Assembly: GCF_044704955.1 (NCBI RefSeq)
Contig: NC_091991.1
Span: 13,950,001 to 14,014,000, forward strand
Reading direction: 5' to 3'
Origin: Pristiophorus japonicus
Lineage: Eukaryota
DNA length: 64,000 nt
The notes below the pieces were generated by a model. It was not told where the DNA came from, did no database searches, and saw only the letters and a list, made by a program, of their open reading frames with translations. The translations under genes and the position numbers were made by a program. Of the stretch, positions 22,101 through 34,600 are shown one piece after another; the first letter of the stretch is position 1, and each line of letters starts with the position of its first letter.

Positions 22101-25100
22101 GACAACCAGTTCTCAATCCATGTCAGCACACTACCCCCAATCCCATGTGCTTTAACTTTGCACATTAATCTCTTGTGTGGGACCTTGTCGAAAGCCTTCT
22201 GAAAGTCCAAATATACCACATCAACTGGTTCTCCCTTGTCCACTCTACTGGAAACATCCTCAAAAAATTCCAGAAGATTTGTCGAGCATGATTTCCCTTT
22301 CACAAATCCATGCTGACTTGGACCTATCATATTACCTCTTTCCAAATGCACTGCTATGACATCCTTAATAATTGATTCCATCATTTTACCCACTACCGAT
22401 GTCAGGCTGACCGGTCTATAATTCCCTGTTTTCTCTCTCCCTCCTTTTTTAAAAAGTGGGGTTACATTGGCTACCCTCCACTCCATAGGAACTGATCCAG
22501 AGTCAATGGAATGTTGGAAAATGACTGTCAATGCATCCACTATTTCCAAGGCCACCTCCTTAAGTACTCTGGGATGCAGTCCATCAGGCCCTGGGGATTT
22601 ATCGGCCTTCAATCCCATCAATTTCCCCAACACAATTTCCCGACTAATAAAGATTTCCCTCAGTTCCTCCTCCTTACTAGACCCTCCGACCCCTTTTATA
22701 TCCGGAAGGTTGTTGGTGTCCTCCTCAGTGAATACCGAACCAAAGTACTTGTTCAATTGGTCCGCCATTTCTTTGTTCCCCGTTATGACTTACCCTGATT
22801 CTGACTGCAGGGGACGTATGTTTGTCTTTACTAACCTTTTTCTCTTTACATATCTATAGAAACTTTTGCAATCCGTCTTAATGTTCCCTGCAAGCTTCTT
22901 CTCGTACTCCATTTTCCCTGCCCTAAATCAAACCCTTTGTCCTCCTCTGCTGAGTTCTAAATTTCTCCCAGTCCCCGGGTTCGCTGCTATTTCTGGCCAA
23001 TTTGTATGCCACTTCCTTGGCTTTAATGCTATCCCTGATTTCCCTAGATAGCCACGGTTGAGCCACCTTCCCTTTTTTATTCACAATGCTTCATTCCCAT
23101 CGCATCTCTCCTCTTCAGAGCTCTGTTACTGGCCTGTACCTCCGACCTGCCCATCATTCCCAGCAAACACTGAACACCGACACAAACTCCAGGAGCTGTG
23201 CTCATTGTGCTGCCACCTCCAATTCCATTTACAGTTTGCAAAGGCGGCCAAGACCCAACTCAGTCCCTCAAATATTTCTCCAATTCTCCCTCGAACATAC
23301 CCCATTGCTTCCAGGACAGTCTATTGCACACCTTTACCACACTCTGTGTCAGGTAGGTAGGCCTGCTCCTTCTGAGCCCAGCCCATGTCCTGCCGAGTCT
23401 GCCACACCCGCAAGCATCTTATTGGGTTTCAATTTATCAGTTCCTTCAAGAAGCTTGAATAATCTCCCCTGAACCTTCTCTCTTGCTGCACAAACAGTCC
23501 CAGCCTCTTCATTCTCCAGGTTTGTAACGTAATGTGTAAATAATGGATGCCTTCTATCAGTTAATGTAAAAGAAAATATTTTTCTGGTAATCTAAACATC
23601 TTTTTTGGAATTCTTTGACCTACTTTAGTAACTGGGGCCGATCACGTCCACAGTTGTCACCTTGCAGCGACATTAGAGTGAGGGCAGAGAATTTATACAG
23701 CGATCGGTACTGTGGCTCTTTGGGCCGGTTCCAAGGCCAGTGAATTGAACCTGTTTGTCCCGTGCCGAGTCCCCGAGGCAGCCTGTCCCATAGATTGGCT
23801 CCTTGCTCACTGAAATATTGTTTCCGGGGATTAGTTTTGAATTTTCCTCTCCGAGCACAGGCCGTGACTTCTGGTTCTGCTGTTCTGGACACGGCGAGGC
23901 AGCAAGTCGTGGTCGACATTATCCAATCCCTTTTAGAATCCTAAAAACCGCAATCGCATCCCCCTCGCGTCTCCCTCAAACCGTTCACTGGGTTAGCTGC
24001 TGCTGGACTCAAATCCTTTCAAGTAGCAATGCTGCAGGTTTATTTGTCACTGAGTGTCTATGTGCCCTGTTTAACCCTCCAATGTTTACTGGGCTGGAAA
24101 CTAAAGCTGTGGCTCCACTCTGCAAGCAATCCGGTATCTGGCTATAAATATAAAGTAAGCGCAAATTAAATATAAATCCTGCAGTATTTATAAAAAGTAA
24201 ATGTACTTACGAAACAGATCAGCCGGGTTTTGATCCTTGAAGCTGTGGGTTATAAATATTGTGTAATGGAGGTACAGACCTGTCTGATTTAAGCTTCAAG
24301 TTGCTGCAGGTGAGTGAGCTCAAGGTCAGTGCTGTTTGTTTGCAAGTTCCTGGTGTTTCTCTGTCAGGTGCAGTTCTGTGTGCGCTGGTTACTATTTGAA
24401 TGTTTAGTAGCAGTGAATAAAAGGTGCCATGTACCATTAAGAATGAGGATCAGCAGATTAAACAGCCAGAAGCCTTGTTAGTCCATCAGACAGACTGTGT
24501 TCCAACAGATCATCGTCAGCAATGGGTGGGGGTCTGTGTTTGTGAGACTCTGTTGCCAGCACCAGTACCACAGGTCTTGATGCAATAACAGAAATTTTAA
24601 GATTAAGATCATCATAAATTAAGCTGCTTCCTTTTTAAAAAAAAAAAATATATTTTCTGCTGAGCATAATTGTTATATTCACAGCAAGGTTGCCATGTTG
24701 TTAAATCATACACTGTCTGGTGTTCAGGGACTGTGGGAGTGATTGTTACTGGGTTAATAATCCAGGAATCATGAGTTCCAATCCCACCAGGGCAGTTTGA
24801 GAATTTGAATTCAGTTTCAAAAATAAATCTGAAAATAAAAAGCCAGTCTCAGTAAAAGTAACCATGAAGCTGTGGGATTGTTGTAAAAACCCATCTGGTT
24901 CACTGGTGTCCCTTTAGGGAAGGAAACCTGCCACCCTTATCCGGTCTGGGCCTATATGTGACTCCAGTCCCACACCAATATGGTTGACTCTTAACTGCCC
25001 TCTGAAGTGGCCCCTCAGTTGTATCAAACTCACGAGCAGCGGTTCAAGTCAGTGGCCCACCATCACTGGGCAACTAGGGATGGGCAATAAATGCCAGAGA

Positions 25101-28100
25101 CGCCCACATTCTGAGAATTATATGTTTTTTAAATCACTTGCTGCCTTTGTCTTAAGTTGTGCACTTTGACCTTGTCTGGTATACCTTGGATTGGTGAAAG
25201 AGATTTCATTCCAGCCTCAGGGAGCCCCCGAGTGGTAGTAAAGGTTGCGGCAGTAAATAAATTCCTGTTTTATAATGAGCCAATCTGTTTGGGTTTGTGG
25301 TTAATGGACTTTAGTTGGATGCGTGTGCGAAATGTGTGGCGCTGTTTTAGTGAACTAACAGCATTGTTAAAACGACATGTGATGTCGGAACTAATCAAGC
25401 TGATTGAAGGCTGTCCTGCGGAGTTAACCACTTTCCGTCGATCTCTATTGTCTTGTTCTTCTGAGCACAGGGAAAACGCGGAAAGATTAGCTGATTCCTC
25501 GTTTCCGGTGACCCGGAACACTGGCCAGCTATAAATGGGCTTCAGAGCAATCGCTTTCATCCATGCTCTGATCCCCACTGAGTGTAATTACTGGCTGCTG
25601 TCCGCCACAATAGTTTGTCCATCAACCATCAGAGCGAGCCTCAAGCTGGATCTCCCACTTGTTCTGCAAATGTGTGGTTTTGGGGATATGCGAATGTTGG
25701 GCGCTGCTCGGTGAGGCCCTGTGGAGCGTGACCGCTGTTTGTTTCTCTCACTGGAGCGAGTGAGGCATGTTACAGCCAGGAGCTGTAAATCGGCAGCTGT
25801 AAACAATCTTGTGTTCATTTAAATGTCGTCATCATCATGGGAGTCCCTCAGAGTCGAGGATGACTTGCTTCCACACTAGAAATTAGTTCTCAGGTGACTG
25901 AATGCGGGACCTACAGTCTCTGTCACAGGTGGGGCAAACGGTGTTTGGAGGGACGGGTGGGTGGGGTGCCATGCGCTCCTTCCGCTGTCGACGCTTGGCT
26001 TCAGCTTGCTCTCGGCGAAGAGACTCGAGGTTTTCAGTACCTTCCCGGGCGGTCTTGGGCCAGGGATTCCCAGGTGTCGGTGGGGTTGTTACATTTTTTC
26101 AAAGAGGCTTTGAGGGGGTCCTTGAAGCAGTTCCTCCGCCCACCTGGGGCTCGCTTGCCGTGTTGGAGCTCCGAGTAGAGCGCTTGTTTTGGGAGTCTCG
26201 TGTCGGGCATACGGGTGATGTGGCCCGTCCAGCGGAGCAGTCCACTGGTCAGTGCTTCAGTGCTGGGGATATTGGCCTGAGCGAGGACACTGACGTTGGT
26301 TAGATTCGCAGGATCTTGCGGAGGCAGCATTGGTGGTACTTCTCCATGTTTTGAGCTGCCTGCTGTACATAGTCCATGTCTCTGAACCATATAGAAGAGC
26401 GGGTATCACTACTGCTCTGTAGACCATGAGCTTGCTGCCGGGTTTGAGGTCCTGGTCTTCAAACGCTCTCTTCCTCAGGTGACCTCGTCATCGATGTCTG
26501 CCCTTGTTGACGGGCTCCCGAGATATGGAAAGTGGTCCACGTTGTTCAAGGCCGCGCCGTGGATTTTGATAACCAGGGGGCAATGCTGTGTGACGGGGTC
26601 AGGTTGGTAGAGGACCTTTGTCTTACGGATGTTTCGTGTAAGGCCCATGCTCTCATGGAGCAGGCTTGAGGGGCTAGATGGCCTACTCCTGTTCCTAATT
26701 CTTATGTTCATACGCCTCGGAGAAGGTGTTGACGATGACTTGGTGTTCGGCCCCGAGTGTGCGCAGACGCAGGCGTCGTCTGCGTACTGTCGTTCGATCA
26801 CGGAGGATGGGGTGACCTTGGATCTGGCCTGGAGGCGGCGGAGGTTGAATAGATTCCCGTTTGTCCTGTAATTTAAGCTCCACTCCAGCGGGGAGCTTGT
26901 CGAGGTGAGATGGAGTATTGCAGCGAGGAAGATCGAGAAGAGCGTTGTTGTGATGATACAGCCTTGTTTGACCCCAGTCTGAACGTGGAATGGGTCTGTG
27001 GTGGTCATTGGTCAGGATCACTGCTTGCATGTCATCGTGGAGCAGATGGAAATCGTGCCAAAACTTTTGAGAGCAGCCGAATCTGAAGAGGACGCTCGAA
27101 AATCCCTCACTGTTGGCAATTTCGAAGGCTTTTGTGAGGTTGAAGGCGGCCATGTACAAGGGTTGCTGCATTTCTCTTGTATCTGCCATGCGGTGAAGAT
27201 CATGTCCATTGTGCCCCTTAGTGGGCGAAATCCGCATTGCGACTCTGGGAGGAGTTCTTCAGCCACAGGAAGAAGGCATAAAAACATAAGAAATAGGAGC
27301 AGGACTAGGCCATTTGGCCCCTCGAGCCTGCTCCGCCATTTAATAAGATCATGGCTGATCTGATCATGGACTCGGCTCCATTTCTCTGCCCGCTCCCCAT
27401 GACCCTTTACTCCCTTATATCTCAAAAATCTGTCTATCTCCACCTTAAATATATTCAATGGCCCAGCCTCCACAGCTCTCGGACAGAGAATTCCATAGAT
27501 TTACAACCCTCTGAGAGAAGAAATTCCTCCTCATCTCAGTTTTAAATGGGCGGCCCCTTATTCTGTCCCCTTGTTTTAGTTTCCCCTATGAGTGGAAATA
27601 TCCTCTCTGCATCCACCTTGTCGAGCCCCCTCATTATCTCATGTTTCAATAAGATCATATCTCATTCTTCTGAACTCCAATGTGTATAGGCTCGACCTAT
27701 CTTCATAAGTCAACCCCCTCATCTCCGGAATCAACCCAGTGAACCTTCTCTGAACAGCCTCCAATGCAAGTATATCCTTCCTTAAATACGGAGATCAAAA
27801 CTGTATGCAGTACTCCAGGTGTGGTCTTACCAATACCCTGTACAGTTGCAGCAGGACTTCTCTGCTTTTATACTCCATCCCCCTTGCAATAAAGGCCAAC
27901 ATTCCATTTGCCTTCCTGATTACTTGCTGTACCTGCATACTAACTTTTTGTGTTTCATTCACAAGGACCCCCAGGTCCCTCTGTACTGCAGCACTTTGCA
28001 ATTTTTCTCCATTTAAATTATAATTTGCTTTTCTATTATTTCTGGCAAAGTGGATAACCTCACATTTTTCCACATTATCCTACATCTGCCAAATTTTTGC

Positions 28101-31100
28101 CCACTCACTTAGCCTGTCTATATCCCTTTGCAGATTTTTTGCGTCCTCCTCACAATTTGCTCTCCCACCCATCTTTGTATCATCAGCAAACTTGGCTACA
28201 TTACACTCGGTCCCTTCAGCCAAGTCATTAATATAGATTGTAAATAGTTGAGGACCCAGCACCGATCCCTGTGGCACCCCACTAGTCACTGCCAACCGGA
28301 AAATGACCCATTTATCCCGACTCTATGTTTTCTGTTTGTTAGCCAATCCTCTAGAGGATTCTTGCGATGACTTTCCTGGTGGTCGACAGCAGGGAGATTC
28401 CTCTGTAGTTACCGCAGTCGGACTTGTCAACTTTCTTGAAGATGGTCACGATTACTGTGTCTCTTGAGACCTCCTGGCATGATCTTCTCCTTCCAGATAA
28501 GAGAGATGAGGTCATGGATCCATGCCAGTAGTGCTTCTCAGCCATATTTTAGTGCTTCGGCGGGAATTTCATCTGCTCCTGATGCCTTGTTGTTCTTCTG
28601 TTGTCGGATGGCCTTTTTAACCTCATGCCGGGCTGGGGTTGTGCTGAGATGGTGGTGGGTGGCATGTTGTGGGATGGAGTCGAGGGCACTGACGTCGAAG
28701 ACAGAGTCTAAGTTGAGGAGATCCTCGAAGTGCTCCTTCCAGCGGGCACTGACTGCCTCTCTGTCCTTGATGAGCATCTCTCCGTTCTTGGCCAGTAGTG
28801 GTGTAGGGCCTTGGGTGCTTGGGCCGTAGGTCGTCTTGATATCGCTGAAGAATCCTCGCACGTCGTGGTTGTCGGCTAGCTGCTGGATTTCCAGGGCATT
28901 TTCCACCCACCATCTGTTCTTTTGGTCACGGGTTTTCTGTTGGACCTTGGCCTTCAGACGTCTGTAGAGCTGCTTTCTTGCCCTTGAGTTGTGTTGCTGC
29001 TTCCAGTCCAAGAATGCCTTGCACTTGTGGCATATTAGCTCCTGGTCGTTCTCGTCGAACCAGTCTTGGTGTTTCCTGGTTGAGTGACCGAGCGTCTCTT
29101 CACAGATGCTGACTATGGAAGCCTTGAGTGTTGACCAGGCACTGTGGACACTCTGCGTCTCTGGGTCACTGGGAGTTGTCAGGTTGGTAGCGAGGTGCTG
29201 GCTGATTAGGGCTTTCTTAGCAGGGTCTCAGTGCTCCGGCGTTGATTTTCCTGTGGCATTGTTTCTGTTGCCGTCACTGTTTTGGGGCAATGTTGATGGT
29301 GATGACACAACGAATTTGGCGGTGGTCCATCCAGCAGTCGTCAGCTTTTGTCATGGCGCGGATGATGCACACGTCTTTGCGGTCCCTCGCTCGAACGATG
29401 ATGTAGTCCAGCAGGTGCCAGTGCTTGAAGCGAGAGTGTGCCATGAAGCTTTCTATTTGTCCTTCTGACGGAACAGGGCATTAGTTATGACGAGACCGTG
29501 TTCTCAGCATTTCGTCAGGAGGATGTTGGCATTGGAGTTGGCTTTCCCTACTCCCCCTCCCCCCCCCCCCCCCCCCCCTCTGCCGATCACACCTCCACAG
29601 AGGTCTCTGTCCTTTCCAACCCTGGCGTTGAAGTCGCCAAGGAGGATCAGTTTGCCACTTGTTGAGACTCGGGACAGGGATTGTTCGAGGCTGAGTAGAA
29701 TTCCTCTTTGGTCTCGTCTGTAGCTTCCAGTGTTGGGGCGTACGCACTGAAGACCGTAGTGCACTGGTTCCGGGCTAGGGTGAGCCAAAGAGTCGTGGCG
29801 TTCGTTTATCCCGCAGGGGGAGTCTCTGAGATGGCCCACGAGTTCGTTTTTCCGGTGAAGCCAATCCCATGAAGGCGGCATTCTGCTTCTGGTCTGCCTT
29901 TCCAGAAGAAGGTGTAATTTGTTCTTTGAGCTGGCCTTCCCTTGCCCGCCGGGTCTTGCTTAGGGCGGCGGTGTCTATGTCGAAGTGCCCGAGTTTCTGG
30001 GCAACGATAGCGGTGCGGCATTCCAGTCTGTTGCTGTTAGGGTTGTCCATAAGGGTCCTGACATTCCAGGTCCTGAACTGCATCTTAAAGTGTGGAAGAT
30101 GCCTGTGCGTGAGTTCTTTTAACATGGGGTGGCTGTTGCACACCAGCTATCACACGGGCTTGACAGAGCAAGGTCTTGGTCCAGTGGCAAGGGGATCCAA
30201 GATGACTGGAGACCAGGCTCTGCTGTATGAGCCTAGTACATACACACACGCATACTCCTACTTTCCTCCTTCCCGCAGGGCCTCTATCACTGGGTTTCGT
30301 AGGACGCAATGACGGTCTCACGAACTCGCTGTTGGACCATGCTGCGCCGCTCCTGGGCCACGACCCTACCGCTGTCCTCCGGCCCCCTGCCCCCCCGCTG
30401 GGCCCCAAACCCGCATCAAGAGTCGTCAACCAATCCGCTACCTGGGATGCTGTGACGTTCGCTTTGTCGCTCACTTTGCCTTCGTTGCACTCTCAAGCTG
30501 GCTCGCGCTGCTCCCTGTGGTGGCTGGTTCCTGTCGACACCGCGCTGTGTCCTGGAGCTCTCCTCCTTTATGCCTCCTGCTCTTCCGCTGTGCGCAAATT
30601 GGCTTCTGAATCTCTGGCATTACACAACAGTTGCTACATTCCAAAAGTATTCAATTGGCTGCTAAGCGCATTGGGACATCTGAGATTGTGCTGAGACACT
30701 TATAAATGCAAGATTTTTACTAGATTGGGGTGGGCTTCTTGTATGAATGGCCTGATTCTTTAAACAGGTAGAATAATGTTAGTTTTCCTTGTATCTAAGG
30801 TTACTTGTAGTTTATCCGCCATTCTCAGATCAGCGGGAACTTTATGCCTCCTGTTGTTTAAAGGAGAATATCACTCCAGAAGAACTTTCATCGTAAAGTG
30901 AACTCAAAATAATCTGGAGGGTGTGAAGGGAAATATTTCAAATAATTGTTCAGAATAATCCCACTTGGTAGTTCAGCATGATGCCTTGTCAGTGAGAGTT
31001 GGCACTGATTCCAATCTGAATACTACCCCCAGCACTCGCATTTAATCGGAAGGCCCTGGTCAGGTCAGGGCCAAACACATGTTGCTGAAAGGGGCAGCGA

Positions 31101-31582
31101 GCTCTTGGTGTGGCGATGGAAGGCGAGGCTGTGTTAAAAGCAAATTCCCAAACTACGTATCCATTGCCAGATGCTGATGGCAGTTGCAAAGCTAAATGTT
31201 AAAGGATAGAGCGTGCTAGCTGGAGCATGTGGAGGCGACTCGGAAAGACTCCAAGTTTTAGTCCAAGCAGCATTAATTGTGCTGTTTAAAGAGGAATCAT
31301 AGTCACTGAGGCTTTTGGGGCAAGGTTTTCTCCTGTACAGTTAGAAACTGGGGAGGCAGAGAGAGGGTGGGGGACAGGCGAGTAGGACGGGGGGGAGGGT
31401 GAGGGCATGGGGGAGGCAGGGAGAGGGCAGGGTGGAGGCGAGTAGAATTAGGGGAGGCGGGGAGACACGGAGAGCTGGCGGAGGCGAGTAGAGCAAGGAG
31501 ACTGGAAGAGCGGGGGGAAGGCGAGTTGAACGAGGGGAAGCGGGGAGAGGGGATGCAGGGGGAGGCACAGCTCCTCTGATCT

Positions 31583-31653
<71 letters not shown>

Positions 31654-34600
31654 AATAGCAATAGTTTCCCTTGAGTTTATGGTCCGTACAGTCCTCAGTA
31701 TTTGACAGATAAGTGTCTTCTGTGTCTCAGACTCCGTAACCATTCAATAGACCCATTAATTATCCTGATTACTATGTTAAGCGTGGATCAGGCCTTCAGT
31801 TAGCTGTCTCCTTCCTGTGCTATCCTTAACAATCTCCCTGCAGCAACAGCCAGTGCTTGTTATATTGCAGCGTTCCATACCGGCCCCCTGCCGTGTAATT
31901 GTAGGGCAGGAGTGCAGCTGTCACTGAGCAACATGTCAGGACTTCGTATCATAACTGTGTCAATCAGTGTATAATAAAGAATAATTTCTTGTAACTCATT
32001 AAAGGTTCTGACGTTATCAGAAATTTAAAATCCCTGAGCGTTCTTTGCCATTGTTTTGAGCTTTTTTCCTTCTGCAAAATAATGACCTGCTCAGTGAGAG
32101 CGATAACTGGATAACTAGCCTCAGCATTCCTTGGTTGGAGGGGGAGGGGACCCAGGGTTCTTGCTCCTGATCGCTATGCAATGATTTCACCCCCACCATG
32201 CTAGAAAAGTGCGCACATCAATATAGCGTGCAGACAGGTCAAGGTCCAGCTATGATGCCCTTTTCAGCCAAACAACCTACAGACACTCACCATTAAGAAT
32301 ACACGTGAATAATGGGCACTTGGGTGAAGTTCAAAAGAATGCCCAGCGCCCATGGGGTCATACCCCAAAAGACAGGAGCGAGGACAAAAATTAGCAAAGA
32401 ACATTCACAGAAAAGAACTCATTTAGCCCTGACGCCACCTTTTACATCTTTCCTGTACTGTCTGCAGGGACCAAGGCTGGCCACAGTGTTTGAGATACAG
32501 GAGAATGGGGGAGCAGCAGAGTGCAGCTGGGCAGGGCTGTGGAGCATTGTATTCCCACCCCATTTATACCTATCCAGGCGGTTCCCTTTTCACAGAACAA
32601 ATAGGTCAACCCCAGCTTCTCCAGTCTATCCACATAACTCCCTCATCTCTGGAATCATCCTTGTATATCTTTTCTGCACCCTCTCTACAGCCTTCATATC
32701 CTTCCTAAAGTGCGGTGCCCAGAATTGGACGCAATACTCCAGTTGAGATCGAACCAGTGCTTTATAAAGATTTATCATAATTTCCACTCTTTTGTACTCT
32801 ATGCCTCTATCCATGAAGCCCAGGATCCCGTAAGCTTTTTTAACCGCTTTCTTAAACTGCCCTGCCACCTTCAGCGATTTGTGCACATATACCCCAGGTC
32901 TCTTTCTGTTCATGCACCCCCTTTAGGATTGTACTCTTTAGTTTATATTTCCTTTCCTCATTCTTTCTACCAAAATGTATCACTTCGCACTTTTCTGCGT
33001 TAAATTCCATCTGCCACGTGTCCGCCCATTTCACCAGTCTGTCTATGTCTTCCTGAAGTCTATCACTATCCTCCTCACTGTTCACTATACTTCCAAGTTT
33101 TGTGTCATCGCAAATTTTGAAATTGTGCCCTGTACACCCAAAGCCAAGTCATTAATGTATATCAGGAAAAGCAGTGGTCCCAGTACCAACCCCTGGGGAA
33201 CATCACTGTATACCTTCCTCCAATCCGAAAAACAACCGTTCACCGCTACTCTCTGTTTCCTGTCACTGAGCCAGTTCCTTATCCATGCTGCCCCTGTCCC
33301 TTTTATTCCATGGGCTTCAACTTTGCTGGCAAGCCTATTATGCGGCACTTTATCAAACGCCTTTTGGAAATCCATGTACACCACATCAACCGCATTGCTC
33401 TCATCAACCCTCTGTTACCTCATCAAAAAACTCGATCAAGTTGGTTAAACACGATTTGCCTTTAACAAATCCATGCTGGCTTCCCTTAATTAATCCACAC
33501 TTGTCCAAGTGATTGTTAATTTTGTCCCTGATTATTGTTTCTAAAAGTTTCCATACTACCAAGGTTAAGCTGACTGGCCTGTAGTTGTTGGGTTTATCCA
33601 TACACCCTTTTTTGAACAAGGGTGTAAGATTTGCAATTCTTCAGTCCTCCGGCATCACCCCCATATCGAAGGAGGATTGGAAGATTATGGCCAGTACCTT
33701 CATGATTTCTTCTTTCACTTCCCTCAGCATCCTAGGATGCATCCCTTCCGGTCCTGGTGACTTAGCTACTTTAAGTACAGCCAGCCTTTCTAGTACCTCG
33801 TCTTTATCAATTCTTATTCCATCCAGTATCTCCTCTACCTCCTCCTTTACTATGTCTATGGCAGCTTCTTCCTTGGCGAAGACAGATGAAAAGTACTCAT
33901 TTATTACCTCTGGTTGCTTGCGTAGGTCTTTGGTCCCTGATCAGCCCACCCCTCCTCTTGCCCTTTTCTATAGGCATATAAATAGTAAGCATTTTGGATT
34001 CCCTTTTATGTTGGCTGCCATTCTTTTCTCATACATTCTCGTTGTCCCTCTTATTTTCTTTTTCACTTCTCCTCCGAACTTTCTATATTCAGCCTGATTC
34101 TCAGATGCATTCTCCACCTGACATCTGTTATACGCACTCTTTTTCTGCTTCATCTTACTCTTGAATGTCAAATAGCTATTCGTAACCTACACTTTTTACC
34201 CATAACTTGTTTCGAGTTGGTTTTCAACGTTTGTTTCGCAGCCTTTTATGCTTCTGTCCTGTATTTTTTGTAAACTAACACTCTATGATCAGTAATCACG
34301 TTATTAGAGCTCCCAGATTAGAGGCAGGGGATGCTGAAGCAGCTCATTGCTGGAAGTGGCACTTTAAGATCAATGACTGGCCTTTGATTCCATTCCCATT
34401 GGGAAATGTTTCTTTCATCCCTAAATACCGGGGTGTCAAACATTTAAAGGACGTTTTAAGTAATAGGCAGGAGATCGGGAGCAGTTCAATGTGCAGTACA
34501 CAGCCCAATCAAGCTGCGAATGGGGAAAAAGTTTTATGGATTTCTGTGTGTATTTTTGCACCGTGGAAATGCAGGATCACGAAGGTATGCAGATTATTAT

